Shown piece by piece: positions 10,141 to 20,095 of a stretch of 62,116 nt of DNA. How positions within the stretch are numbered: the stretch's first letter is position 1; each line of letters starts with the position of its first letter. Under the pieces are notes generated by a model. The model ran no database searches. It was not told the origin of the DNA and saw only the letters and a program-made list of their open reading frames with translations. The DNA is from Candidatus Aenigmatarchaeota archaeon (lineage in GTDB: Archaea; Aenigmatarchaeota; Aenigmatarchaeia; CG10238-14; SpSt-28), in contig JAHLMO010000003.1 of NCBI GenBank assembly GCA_018920305.1, positions 1-62,116 on the forward strand, read 5' to 3'. The translations under genes were made by a program, and so were the position numbers.

Positions 10141-10792
10141 GTTGTATGGTAAAATAGTATTACCAGGAGAAGAAGTTGAAAAGAACGAATTTAGTTATAA
10201 ATTTAACGATAGATTTATCTCGAAAAAAGTTTCTTTAATTTCGAAGAATGAAGAAAAAACTAAAGCAATTTCCTTATCTTCTACCTACTACCCTGAAGTT
10301 GGAGATAATGTTATAGGAATAGTAAGAGAAGTAGAAGCTGCTGGTTGGCTTGTCGATATTAACTCTATTAATTATGCCTTTTTACCTATTGCAGAAGTTG
10401 TAAGAGAATTTATAGATATTTATCGAACAGACTTGAGTAAAACTATTAATATAAACGAAGTTATTTATGCAAAAGTCATAAACGTAATAAATTATAAAAT
10501 AATACAAATTTCGATAAAAAATGGTAATTTTAAAAAACTAAATGGTGGAGGAGTAATAAGTGTAAATCCAGCAAAAGTTGCGAGAATTATCGGAAAAAAC
10601 ATGAGTATGATGAAATTAATTTCAGAAAAAACAAATTGTGAAATAATTGCAGGAAAAAATGGATATATATGGATAAAATCAAAAAAAGCTGAAAATATGA
10701 TAAAAGCTATTAATGCAATAAAATTTATCGAAAAAAATTCGCACTTTAAAGGATTAACAGAAATGGTAATAAAATATTTAGAGGAAAAATGA
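10133..10792 (+). CDS. rrp4: exosome complex RNA-binding protein Rrp4
   Basis: S1 domain (GDNVIGIVREVEAAGWLVDI) plus KH domain (ARIIGKNMSMMKLISEKTNCEI). It lies between the SBDS gene and rrp41. Confidence 0.8.
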   Translation: MAELYGKIVLPGEEVEKNEFSYKFNDRFISKKVSLISKNEEKTKAISLSSTYYPEVGDNVIGIVREVEAAGWLVDINSINYAFLPIAEVVREFIDIYRTDLSKTININEVIYAKVINVINYKIIQISIKNGNFKKLNGGGVISVNPAKVARIIGKNMSMMKLISEKTNCEIIAGKNGYIWIKSKKAENMIKAINAIKFIEKNSHFKGLTEMVIKYLEEK

Positions 10793-11514
10793 AAAAAGAA
10801 AATATAAAACTGCTTGAAAATGGAAAAAGAAGTGATGGAAGAAATTTAGATGAAATTAGAAATATAAACATTGAATTAGGAATAATCCCTATAGCAAATG
10901 GAAGTGCGAAGTTTTCTTTTGGAAATACAGTTGCTATCGCAGCAGTATATGGAGCAAGAAGTTTACAACCAAAATTCTTACAAGAAGATGAAAAAGCTGT
11001 AGTAAGAGTTAGATATAATATGGCACCTTTTAGTACAGATACAAGAAAAAATCCTGGTATTGATAGAAGAAGTATCGAATTATCTAAGGTTTTAAGAGAT
11101 GCAATTGAAAATTCTATATTTTTAGAAGAATATCCAAGAGCAGTTATAGACTGTTATGCAGAAGTAATTTCTAGCGACGGTTCAACTAGAATTACATCAC
11201 TAAATGCAATTAGTTTAGCATTAGCCTTAGCTGGAATTTCTATGAAAGATTTAATAGTAGGACTTACTGCTGGAAAAATAGAGGATAAAATTGTAGTAGA
11301 TTTAAACCAATTGGAAGATAATTATGGAAGTGCTGATATATCTTTTGGTTACTTATTTGCTACAGATGAAATTGTTCTTTTACAAATGGATGGAGAATTA
11401 AAGAAAGAAGAATTTCTATATGCACTTAGCTTGCTTAAAGAAAAGGCTAAAGTTGTTTATGAAAAACAAAAAGAAGCATTAAGGAACTATTTAGAAAAAG
11501 AAAAATATGATTGA
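10789..11514 (+). CDS. rrp41: exosome complex exonuclease Rrp41 (RNase PH fold)
   Basis: RSDGRNLDEIRNI...ANGSAKFSFGNT...RRSIELSKV are RNase PH motifs. Confidence 0.88.
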   Translation: MKKENIKLLENGKRSDGRNLDEIRNINIELGIIPIANGSAKFSFGNTVAIAAVYGARSLQPKFLQEDEKAVVRVRYNMAPFSTDTRKNPGIDRRSIELSKVLRDAIENSIFLEEYPRAVIDCYAEVISSDGSTRITSLNAISLALALAGISMKDLIVGLTAGKIEDKIVVDLNQLEDNYGSADISFGYLFATDEIVLLQMDGELKKEEFLYALSLLKEKAKVVYEKQKEALRNYLEKEKYD

Positions 11515-12262
11515 TGAAAGAATAGTTTTACAATTATTAAAAGAAGGAAAAAGATTAGATAATAGAAGTTTTTTGGAATATAGAAAAATTGAAATAGAAA
11601 AAGATATTATACCTAAGGCTGAAGGTAGTGCAAGTGTAAAACTCGGAAATACTCTTGTAATAGCTGGAGTAAAAGTAGAATTAGCACAACCTTTTCCAGA
11701 TACTCCAAACGAAGGAATTTTAGTAGTAAATGCTGAATTTCCTCCAATTGCGCATCCGACGTTTGAACCAGGTCCACCAAATGAATATGCAATAGAATTG
11801 GCTAGATTAGTAGATAGAATAATTAGAGAATCAAAAATGATCGAATTAGATAAATTATTTATAGAAGATGGAAAAGTTTATGGAATTTTTGTTGATATAC
11901 ACATAATTTCTAACGATGGAAACTTATTAGATGCAAGCACATTAGCAAGTATTGCTGCGTTACATTCTACTAAAATTCCAAAATATGAAAATAATAGCTT
12001 AATAAGAAATGAATTTATAGGTAATTTACCTGTAAGATATAAGCCAACATACGTAACAATAGGAAAAATTAACGATTCTTATATATTAGATTTAACTTAT
12101 GATGAAGAGCAAGTTATAAATGATTTAATAGCTTTTGGAATAAGAGATGATGAAAAAATTGTTGCTGTTCAAAAATTGAGAGGAAAGTTTAAATTTAATG
12201 AAATAGAAAAATTATTAGATTTAGCTATAGATAAATCCAAAGAAATAAGAAAGTATCTATAA
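11507..12262 (+). CDS. rrp42: exosome complex component Rrp42
   Basis: GKRLDNRSFLEYRKIEIE...AEGSASVKLGNT shows an RNase PH-like fold. It follows rrp41 with an overlap. Confidence 0.85.
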   Translation: MIDERIVLQLLKEGKRLDNRSFLEYRKIEIEKDIIPKAEGSASVKLGNTLVIAGVKVELAQPFPDTPNEGILVVNAEFPPIAHPTFEPGPPNEYAIELARLVDRIIRESKMIELDKLFIEDGKVYGIFVDIHIISNDGNLLDASTLASIAALHSTKIPKYENNSLIRNEFIGNLPVRYKPTYVTIGKINDSYILDLTYDEEQVINDLIAFGIRDDEKIVAVQKLRGKFKFNEIEKLLDLAIDKSKEIRKYL

Positions 12263-12301
12263 AATTTAAATTTTTCACTCTTTATTCCTAAAATATAAAT
12301 C

Positions 12302-13669
12302 ATGGAAATAAGAGAAATCGCTGAAATTAAAGAATTAAGAGAATTTGAAAGAATAGCAGCACATAGCCATATAAAGGGTTTAGGTCTAAAAGGATTAAAA
12401 GCAGAATTTATTGCAGATGGATTTGTAGGACAAGAAGAAGCTAGAGAAGCTGCTGGTATAATTGTTAAGTTAATTAAAGAAGGTAAGTTCGCTGGCAAAG
12501 GAATTTTAATTGCAGGTCCTCCAGGAAGTGGTAAGACTGCACTAGCCATTGGAATTGCTAAAGAACTTGGTAAAGATGTTCCATTTGTTCATTTAGCAGC
12601 TAGCGAAATATACAGCGCAGAAGTTAAAAAAACTGAATTTTTAACACAAACATTAAGAAAAGCAATTGGAGTAAGAATAAGAGAAGTAAGAAAAGTTTAT
12701 GAAGGAGAAGTTACTGAGCTTGATATTAAGCATAAACCGCATCCATATAATCCATATTATCAAATTCCATATTCAGCAACTATTAAATTAGAAACTAGTG
12801 AAGATTCCAAAAAGTTAAGTGTAGATCAAACATTTGCAATTCAATTAGTTCAACAAGGAGTTGAAATTGGAGATATTATTGCTATAGATGTAGATGGTGG
12901 TAGAATCGTAAAATATGGAAAAAGTGAAAGAGTTATTAAAAAGAGCGAAGAAGAATTAACTGCAGAAAAACCTATACCATTACCAAAAGGAAAAGTTTTA
13001 AAAGAAAAAGAATTTGTATATGTAGTTACATTGCATCAATTAGATTTGGCTAGAGCAAAATCTTCTATAGATATAGCTAGTATATTTTTTGGCGCAGAAA
13101 GAAAAGAAATAGATAGTGAAATAAGAAAAGAAGTTGATGAAATAGTTAAAGAATTGATAAAAGAAGGAAAAGCAGAATTAGTTCCTGGAGTAGTTTTTAT
13201 TGATGAATGTAGTTTATTAGATATAGAAACTTTCGCATTTTTAAATAGAGCAATGGAGCAAGAATTAAGTCCAATATTCATTTTTGCAACAAACAGAGGA
13301 ATTGCACCAATAAGAGGTACCGATTATAAATCTCCACACGCAATGCCAATAGATTTGCTAGATAGACTATTAATTATAAATACAAGACCATATACAGAAA
13401 GAGAAATTAGAGAAATTATTAAAATAAAGGCTAAAAACGATAAAATTGAATTAAGTGACGAAGCTCTAGAATATTTAACTCAGTTGGGTGTAAAGAATAG
13501 CTTAAGATATGCTATGCAATTATTACATCCAGCAGACATAGTTGCAAAAGAAGAAAACTCAAAGATTATAGAGAAAAAACATGTTGAAAGAGTTGAAAAA
13601 TTATTCGTAGATACCAAAAAAAGCGTTGAATACGTAAAGCAATTTGAAAAGCAATTTTTAGAATATTAA
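12302..13669 (+). CDS. RuvB-like AAA+ ATPase (TIP49 / Pontin-Reptin family)
   Basis: ERIAAHSHIKGLGL, GQEEAREAAGIIVKLIKEGKFAGKGILIAGPPGSGKTALA, VPFVHLAASEIYSAEVKKTEFL and VFIDECSLLD together form the unmistakable TIP49 pattern, including the inserted OB-like domain. Confidence 0.85.
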   Translation: MEIREIAEIKELREFERIAAHSHIKGLGLKGLKAEFIADGFVGQEEAREAAGIIVKLIKEGKFAGKGILIAGPPGSGKTALAIGIAKELGKDVPFVHLAASEIYSAEVKKTEFLTQTLRKAIGVRIREVRKVYEGEVTELDIKHKPHPYNPYYQIPYSATIKLETSEDSKKLSVDQTFAIQLVQQGVEIGDIIAIDVDGGRIVKYGKSERVIKKSEEELTAEKPIPLPKGKVLKEKEFVYVVTLHQLDLARAKSSIDIASIFFGAERKEIDSEIRKEVDEIVKELIKEGKAELVPGVVFIDECSLLDIETFAFLNRAMEQELSPIFIFATNRGIAPIRGTDYKSPHAMPIDLLDRLLIINTRPYTEREIREIIKIKAKNDKIELSDEALEYLTQLGVKNSLRYAMQLLHPADIVAKEENSKIIEKKHVERVEKLFVDTKKSVEYVKQFEKQFLEY

Positions 13670-13711
13670 AATTATTTACAATTTTAGATTTTTGATAAAA
13701 ACAAATTATGA

Positions 13712-13786
13712 GCCCCCGTAGCTCAGCCTGGATAGAGCACTGGGCTTCGGACCCAGTGGTCGCGGGTTCAAATCCCGTCGGGGGCA
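13712..13786 (+). tRNA. tRNA-Arg (anticodon TCG), no intron
   Basis: Cloverleaf by eye: acceptor GCCCCCG/CGGGGGC, D arm GCTC-AGCCTGGATA-GAGC, anticodon arm CTGGG-CTTCGGA-CCCAG, T arm GCGGG-TTCAAAT-CCCGT, discriminator A. No encoded CCA. Confidence 0.9.
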
Positions 13787-13944
13787 ACTTAATTTCTGTT
13801 ATAAATTAAAAAATTCTAATAGTATCGTTTTGTATTAGCAACAAGTCGAGATATCTAAAGCATCTCTAACAGTTCAAAATCAAAAATTAAGAAAAAACCT
13901 AAAAGAAGAATTTAATATAAATACATTCAAAAACAATCTAAATT

Positions 13945-14328
13945 ATGAAAGAAGAAGATAAAAAAGAAAATAGAATAGTTGGTAAGCATGTTTATGGTAA
14001 TTTTTATTATATAGATCTAGAAGTTGCATCAAATGAAGAAATTCTCAAAAATATAGTAATAGAGGCAGTAAAATTATCTGGAGCAAATTTATATGAAATA
14101 AAATCCTGGAGTTTTGGAGGAGAAAAGGGTGGAGTATCTGTCATTGCTTTAGTAACTGAAAGTCATGTTGCAATTCATACATGGATTGAATATAATTATG
14201 TTACAGTTGATATTTATACATGCGGAGAACATACTGATCCATGGAGAGCATTCGAGTATATTAAAAATGCATTAAAACCAAAATATTATACAGTAAATTA
14301 TGCAGATAGAAGCAGCCCAAATCTTTAA
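13945..14328 (+). CDS. speH: S-adenosylmethionine decarboxylase proenzyme (pyruvoyl-dependent, SpeH type)
   Basis: [33 protein letters not shown] contains the E-S self-cleavage site and the conserved TCG motif. Confidence 0.8.
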   Translation: MKEEDKKENRIVGKHVYGNFYYIDLEVASNEEILKNIVIEAVKLSGANLYEIKSWSFGGEKGGVSVIALVTESHVAIHTWIEYNYVTVDIYTCGEHTDPWRAFEYIKNALKPKYYTVNYADRSSPNL

Positions 14329-14347
14329 TTTTTAAATTTTGATATAG

Positions 14348-16105
14348 TTATATTGGAAAACCAAATGCAGATGCAATTGTTCTATCTATATCTATCTTCG
14401 TAGCTACGACATAATCAAAAAAATATTCACCAGCGACAGACGCTTCATATAATAGATATGGAGCAAAATATTTTCTTTTTAGAAAAGTTTCTTCAAATTT
14501 AATAACGTACTCACTTAAAATATTATAGAACTCTCTTCTTTTTTCTTCTTCTAATTTCTTATAATTTTCTTCCTCTTCAAAAAGATAATCTAAACTTCTT
14601 ATATCTAACCAAACGTTAAGTTTTTGCTTAGTTTTTTGACCCTTCACATCTACCTCTATTTCTATTTCCTTTAATAGCGATTCTCCAAAAAAAGAATTAA
14701 TTTGTTGTTCATAATATGTATCTAATGCTTTTGTTTGAAGATACATTAAAAATGCTAAATTTTGAGAAATCAAATAAGGTTTAATACTAAATGCAAAATC
14801 TTCTATTTCTATGCCAGAATAAGTTTTTAATAATACTCTATCTATCGAAATCTCAACAAAAACATAATATGGACTTAATTTCCATCTTTCTTTATCTGGA
14901 GAAACTTCATACTCCTTTTTATATAACCTCTCTCTTATATCTAAAATATCATCTATTGAAAAGTTTGCACCATAATTTTGATTAATAACTTCCAATCCTG
15001 CTAATACAACTCTATCAACAGATGGTTCTACTGGCATTACAACCTTTTTTACTCTCTCTTCTTTTGATTTATCGACCAGCTTAATAATATTTTCCGATAT
15101 TAAACCAATTCTTTCTAAAGATAGAAAAGCATGCCTTGTCTTTTCGTATTCAAAATAAGATGATGGAATAGACTTAATTAACCATAATTTTGTAGATTCG
15201 ATGAATAAAGGATATGTTGCTGGCTTAATAAACGATAAAGAAGTTGATGTAAACATAGATGGATCTTCTTTAAAAGAAAAGTATCTTGCTATCAATGGTC
15301 TTAACATTTCCTTGTATTTATCTATTGAATTCTTTCTCATTATTAATAGCTTTCTTAATTCTGCCTCTCTCTCTTTAACAACTCTTTTAAATTCTTCCCT
15401 CCAAATTAAGTATAGTTGATTTTTTTTAGCTAGTTGTATAGCTTCTGCCTTTGTTATATTTGGGATTTTTTGTAAAACATCTTCGGGTGTTCTTTCTTCA
15501 TCTAATGAAAGAAAATCTGAAATAAATGTTGTCCATCTAGTTCTAGCCATGTTTATTATAGAAAAATCACCAGTATAAATATCGACTTGATCTATAAAAA
15601 TATTTCTCAACGATTGATCTAACTCTTTTTTTCTTCTTTCTAATTCTTCGATTTTCTCCCTATTTTTTTCTTCACTTAATTTTTTTTGAATTTCCTCTAA
15701 CTCAATGAAAATTTTTAAAAAATATTTATACTTTCTATAGTCATGAGCAATTAACTGAGTATCTGTAATTGCCGTAGCAATTTGAGCCAGTTGTGCTTTT
15801 ATATTATTTTCAATTTCTTCTTTTTGTCTTCTTATATTAGAATAAAAAGGTTGATAGTTCGAACTAACATATAAACTTTCATCTATCTTAAAAACATCAA
15901 AACCTTTTTTTCCAAAACCAAATATGATAGAATAAATTATTTCAGTTACTTTTCCTGAAAAATGAGTAAAATCTAAACTATATGGAGGCATAGAAAGAAT
16001 GCAATATTCCTTTTCGTGTAACCTAAACTTTTTATTTCCAGTTAGAGATTTTATAAAATTTTCAATTTCCCCTTTTAATCTATCTGGTAATAAAACTTCT
16101 ACCAT
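14348..16105 (-). CDS. hypothetical 585-aa protein with coiled-coil segments and no recognisable domain
   Basis: Long uninterrupted ORF in AT-rich DNA. Its start overlaps the stop of the upstream micro-ORF (ATGGTAG). No P-loop, metal-binding or TM motifs seen. Confidence 0.6.
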   Translation of the reverse strand: MVEVLLPDRLKGEIENFIKSLTGNKKFRLHEKEYCILSMPPYSLDFTHFSGKVTEIIYSIIFGFGKKGFDVFKIDESLYVSSNYQPFYSNIRRQKEEIENNIKAQLAQIATAITDTQLIAHDYRKYKYFLKIFIELEEIQKKLSEEKNREKIEELERRKKELDQSLRNIFIDQVDIYTGDFSIINMARTRWTTFISDFLSLDEERTPEDVLQKIPNITKAEAIQLAKKNQLYLIWREEFKRVVKEREAELRKLLIMRKNSIDKYKEMLRPLIARYFSFKEDPSMFTSTSLSFIKPATYPLFIESTKLWLIKSIPSSYFEYEKTRHAFLSLERIGLISENIIKLVDKSKEERVKKVVMPVEPSVDRVVLAGLEVINQNYGANFSIDDILDIRERLYKKEYEVSPDKERWKLSPYYVFVEISIDRVLLKTYSGIEIEDFAFSIKPYLISQNLAFLMYLQTKALDTYYEQQINSFFGESLLKEIEIEVDVKGQKTKQKLNVWLDIRSLDYLFEEEENYKKLEEEKRREFYNILSEYVIKFEETFLKRKYFAPYLLYEASVAGEYFFDYVVATKIDIDRTIASAFGFPI

Positions 16106-16272
16106 AAAATCAAAATTATTCCAAGAATAATTAATAGTAGAGAAAGATGTATTAATATTTTATTTATTTTAAAAATGTTAAATCCTAAATCTCCAAAAAA
16201 ATCCTCTTTATTTCTTAATCCAAGATAAACACCAAATAAAATTAAAATTACTCCAACTATATTATCTATCAT
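16099..16272 (-). CDS. small (57 aa) two-helix membrane protein candidate
   Basis: Below the track cutoff. MIDNIVGVILILFGVYLGLRNKEDFFGDLGFNIFKINKILIHLSLLLIILGIILILW. Its ATG overlaps the ligase stop (ATGA) and its stop overlaps the ATG of the 585-aa ORF. Confidence 0.4.
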   Translation of the reverse strand: MIDNIVGVILILFGVYLGLRNKEDFFGDLGFNIFKINKILIHLSLLLIILGIILILW

Positions 16273-17960
16273 CCTGCTTTTCCTTGAGATTTATATAACT
16301 CTTCAAGTCTTTTTAAAGTATCTATTTCATTAACACTTTTATCTTCTCTTATTCTTTCTATTCTAGGAAACCTTAAAGCATATCCACTAGTATAATTTGG
16401 ACTCTTTTGAATTTCCTGATAACTAACTTCAACAACAATTTTAGGTTTTACCCAAACAAAATTCCCCTCTCTTTTAATTATTAGTGGAGTTAACATTTCT
16501 GTCATTAACTCGAATTGTTCTTCTGTTAAGCCAGTACTCACCATTCCACAAGTTAATAATTCGCCAGTATCTTCATCTCTAACTGCAAATAGATATCTAG
16601 AAAGCCATTTACTTCTAGATCCTTCTCCATATTCTGCTCCAACAATTACTACATCTAAAGTTTCCATTATAGGTTTAATTTTATACCATCCACCAACATG
16701 TCTACCAAAAATATAAAAAGATTGTGGATTTTTAAGCATAATTCCTTCTTGTTTTAAACTTAAAGCTCTATTGTAAAATTCTTCAATTTCTTTTATATTA
16801 TCGCTATAAATACTTTCGGCAAGTTGAATTTTTAATTCTTCTTCCTTAACTATATTCTTTAATATTTCTCTTCTTTTTATTAGAGGAGTTTCAAAAAATG
16901 TTTCCCCATTTAAATAGATTATATCGAACAAATTTAATTGAACAGGAATTTCTTTTGATATTTTTTCAATATCATATTTTCTATGAATTCTTTGACTCAA
17001 TTTTTGAAATGGCATAGGTAATTTTGTATTAATATCTATTGGCCATGCTTCTCCTTCAATAATACATTCATCAGCCAAAATATTTTTTCTTATAATTTCA
17101 ACAACATCAGGAAATTGTTTTGTAACATCTTCTAATCTTCTTGTAAAAATCCATACTTTATCTTTTTGCTTATGTATTTGCATTCTTAAGCCATCGTATT
17201 TAAATTCTGCGATAACTTTTCCATGTCTTTTAATTACCTCTTCAATACTCTCTGCCTTTATTCCTAACATAACTTGAATTGGTCTACCCAAAACTGGTTT
17301 AACTCTTTTTAAACCTTCTATTCCTTCGTGTTTTGCAATCTTTGCTACTTCTCCAAAATCTCCCAATATATTCCAAGCAAAATCAACATAATATTGTGCT
17401 TTTTCCTTTTCACTAGGTTTAAAGAAAGCCATAACAATTGCGTCTCTTATAATTCCTTCAGCAACACCAATTCTTAATTCATCTAAAACTATTCTAACCA
17501 AATATCTAGCTTCTAAAGGATTACTAAAATTTAATAGACCAGCTAAAGTAGAAATTTTTCTATCTTGAGAACCTTCGCCTTCATACAATCCAATTTCTCT
17601 TAATTTATCATATACTTCGCTTACCGTTAATTCTTTTTTAAAAAATATCTTTTGCTTTCTATTTTTTATACAATATTCAGCAACCTTTCCCAAATCTCCA
17701 AATTTTACATATAATTCTTCAATATTTTTTAAATCAAATCCGCTAGCTTTAGAAATACTTCTCATTACTAATTTAGATGCAATTCCCAATTCCCTATTTT
17801 CAAAAGGTAAAAAGATTTGACCAGTAGACAATAATACTAATTTTTTTAATTCTTCTCCCTCAGCTTTCTTAAATAAATTAGCCAAAATTTCTGTTTTTCC
17901 TATTTTTGAACTTATCTTCTCTAATTTTTCATATATTTCACAAATTTCAAAGAATCTCAT
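16269..17960 (-). CDS. lig: ATP-dependent DNA ligase (Lig1 type)
   Basis: Adenylation motif AEFKYDGLRMQIH (KxDG), IIEGEAW, EGIMLK, WYKIKP and the C-terminal OB motif LRFPRIERIREDK. Confidence 0.9.
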   Translation of the reverse strand: MRFFEICEIYEKLEKISSKIGKTEILANLFKKAEGEELKKLVLLSTGQIFLPFENRELGIASKLVMRSISKASGFDLKNIEELYVKFGDLGKVAEYCIKNRKQKIFFKKELTVSEVYDKLREIGLYEGEGSQDRKISTLAGLLNFSNPLEARYLVRIVLDELRIGVAEGIIRDAIVMAFFKPSEKEKAQYYVDFAWNILGDFGEVAKIAKHEGIEGLKRVKPVLGRPIQVMLGIKAESIEEVIKRHGKVIAEFKYDGLRMQIHKQKDKVWIFTRRLEDVTKQFPDVVEIIRKNILADECIIEGEAWPIDINTKLPMPFQKLSQRIHRKYDIEKISKEIPVQLNLFDIIYLNGETFFETPLIKRREILKNIVKEEELKIQLAESIYSDNIKEIEEFYNRALSLKQEGIMLKNPQSFYIFGRHVGGWYKIKPIMETLDVVIVGAEYGEGSRSKWLSRYLFAVRDEDTGELLTCGMVSTGLTEEQFELMTEMLTPLIIKREGNFVWVKPKIVVEVSYQEIQKSPNYTSGYALRFPRIERIREDKSVNEIDTLKRLEELYKSQGKAG

Positions 17961-19399
17961 AATTTAATTTGCTTCAGAAAGAGTTTAATAGCTATTTTTT
18001 TAACTAAGTCAGGTAAATTTAATTTTTTTATAAAAGTTTCAAAATCGCTATCAAATATTTTTATAGTTTTTATAAAAAAAATAATTAAAAACAAGGAAAT
18101 AAGAGATAGTACAACATCAAAAATTAATACTTCTGATTTTAGATAGTAAGAAACTAAGAATGAAAAAATAATTAGAAAAGATAATTTAATAGAAAAGATT
18201 GAACTTAAATTAATATTTAAAGTATAAAAATACAATAAAAATTTAAAGATAGGAACTAAAAAATAACCCAATAGAAGATAAAATATATTTTCATATTTAT
18301 AAGAAATGAAAAAAAGTACTAAGAAAATTAAAATGGAAAAAAGTTCTGTAAAATAAATTTCCTTTACTTTACTTAAAGAAAATAATAAAGAAAGCAAAAT
18401 GTTTGATAATAAAAAGAATGTAGATGAAATAGCAATAACTAAAAAAATCGAAGAAGTAAAGCTATTTATTATTTCATCCTCAAAATTTATTATTTTTAAA
18501 ATCGTTTCAAAATGAAATGCAACTAAAAAACTTAATGGAATTATTATTATTGTTGAAAGTACAAACAAATTTTTAATTATAAACTTTATTTTTTCTACTC
18601 TTCCTCTAACAAAGAGGTTAGATATTAGTGGTAATGCCGCCGAGATAATAATAGAAGGGAAAAAAGAAATTATAACAAAAATTATTTGAGAAAAATAAAT
18701 TATACCTGCAAGTATTGAAGAAAAAACTATAAAAGAAGAAACTACTAAGAAATTTGAATAAAAAAATGAAGAAAATGAAGAAAGAAATGAAGAAAACGAT
18801 AAACTTAAAAATCTCTTTACTTCATTAAAATTTAAATTTGAAAAAAGATTTTTAAAGAGGTATTCTTTTAAATAAAAAAATTTAAATATAATTCCGATTA
18901 AAGTGCTTAAAATAACCACTAATATTATTAATTCTATTTTTAGACCAAAAAAATAATAAACTAAAAAAATTAGAATAAGTCTAGAGAGGGATGAAAAAAG
19001 GTTTGATAAAAATATTTTTTTAAATTCTTGAAATCCGAAAAGTATATTTTCTAAAAACGTAGAAACGAACAATAATAATGAAATATAAAAAATTAATAGA
19101 TTGTTAAAATAAAAAAGTGAAATAAGATATATTAAAAATATTCCAATAGCAGAAAATAAAAGAGAAAAGATAAAAATTTTTTTAAATTTATTTTCGCTAC
19201 AATATTTCCATAATGCTTGAAAAGTTCCAAATGAGAATAAATTTATTAAAAGAAGAGAAGAAGCATATATATATGAAATTAGCCCAAAATCTTGGAGTTT
19301 TAAAAATTTAAATAAAATTAGCCAAAAAATACTTCCGAATATTGATATGGTTAAAGAGTTTAAAAATGAATACCATATATTTTCTCCTAGCTTTTTCAT
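17957..19399 (-). CDS. polytopic membrane protein, probable MOP/Wzx-type polysaccharide or lipid flippase
   Basis: 480 aa, more than 10 hydrophobic helices and the size typical of Wzx/MOP transporters. No sharp motif, so the family call is tentative. Confidence 0.5.
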   Translation of the reverse strand: MKKLGENIWYSFLNSLTISIFGSIFWLILFKFLKLQDFGLISYIYASSLLLINLFSFGTFQALWKYCSENKFKKIFIFSLLFSAIGIFLIYLISLFYFNNLLIFYISLLLFVSTFLENILFGFQEFKKIFLSNLFSSLSRLILIFLVYYFFGLKIELIILVVILSTLIGIIFKFFYLKEYLFKNLFSNLNFNEVKRFLSLSFSSFLSSFSSFFYSNFLVVSSFIVFSSILAGIIYFSQIIFVIISFFPSIIISAALPLISNLFVRGRVEKIKFIIKNLFVLSTIIIIPLSFLVAFHFETILKIINFEDEIINSFTSSIFLVIAISSTFFLLSNILLSLLFSLSKVKEIYFTELFSILIFLVLFFISYKYENIFYLLLGYFLVPIFKFLLYFYTLNINLSSIFSIKLSFLIIFSFLVSYYLKSEVLIFDVVLSLISLFLIIFFIKTIKIFDSDFETFIKKLNLPDLVKKIAIKLFLKQIKL

Positions 19400-19465
19400 T
19401 ACATTTTTATTTAATTAAAATATAAATTATGTAAAGTATTTAAATGTTTTTCCGATAAAATATTA

Positions 19466-20080
19466 ATGGAAATTTTTGAAAAATTAAAAACAGGAACCAC
19501 AACTTTAGGAATTATTTGTAAAAACGGTATTGTAATAGCTGCAGAAAAAAAATCTACTATGGGATATTTAGTTGCAAGCAAAGAAACTGAAAAAATAATA
19601 AAATTAAATGATAGAATTGTAATGACAACAGCGGGAAGTGTTGGTGATAATTTAACATTAGCTAGATGGTTAAGAGCTGAAATAAAATTATTTGAAATTC
19701 AAAATAATAGAAAAATTTCTGTAAGAGGAGTTGCTACACTTTTATCAAATATCTTAAATTCATACAGATTTTTCCCATTTTTTGTTCAAATATTAATAGC
19801 TGGGTATGATGAATATGAAGGTTTTAAAATGTATTCATTTGATATGCTTGGTGGTATGGAAGAAGAAAAAAAGTTTTTTGCGACTGGTAGCGGAAGTCCA
19901 ATGGCTTTAGGTGTTTTAGAAGCATTATATAAAGAAAATTTAGATATAAAAGAGGCAAAAGATATCGCAATAAAAGCAATTAAAGCTGCAATAGAAAGAG
20001 ATATTGGTTCTGGTGGAAAAGGTATTGATATTGCAATAATTACAGAAAAGGGTATTCAAATAGAAACTATACAAATTTAA
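19466..20080 (+). CDS. psmB: proteasome beta subunit
   Basis: Short propeptide, then the catalytic Thr: LKTG|TTTLGIICKNGIVIAAEKK. Also GSGS...A near the C-terminus. Confidence 0.9.
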   Translation: MEIFEKLKTGTTTLGIICKNGIVIAAEKKSTMGYLVASKETEKIIKLNDRIVMTTAGSVGDNLTLARWLRAEIKLFEIQNNRKISVRGVATLLSNILNSYRFFPFFVQILIAGYDEYEGFKMYSFDMLGGMEEEKKFFATGSGSPMALGVLEALYKENLDIKEAKDIAIKAIKAAIERDIGSGGKGIDIAIITEKGIQIETIQI

Positions 20081-20095
20081 TTTTTTGAAAAAATT

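Noticed and set aside
12169-12549. 126-aa minus-strand ORF antisense to the TIP49 gene start. Similar antisense ORFs lie at 3437-3637, 13036-13281, 14791-14985, 15201-15419, 21130-21600, 27556-27738, 28496-28741, 29471-29684, 30244-30438, 37658-37873, 38893-39142, 39254-39469, 39797-40006, 47104-47304, 51488-51685, 56614-56814, 58019-58384 and 60211-60405.
   Set aside because: All lie antisense to, or out of frame inside, genes with strong family signatures. They translate to low-complexity Ser/Phe/Leu/Ile-rich strings, as expected from the reverse strand of Lys/Glu/Ile-rich AT-rich coding sequence.
13566-13787. 73-aa minus-strand ORF in the track
   Set aside because: It starts in the antisense of tRNA-Arg (MPPTGFEPATTGS...) and runs antisense into the TIP49 gene. 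It is an artefact.
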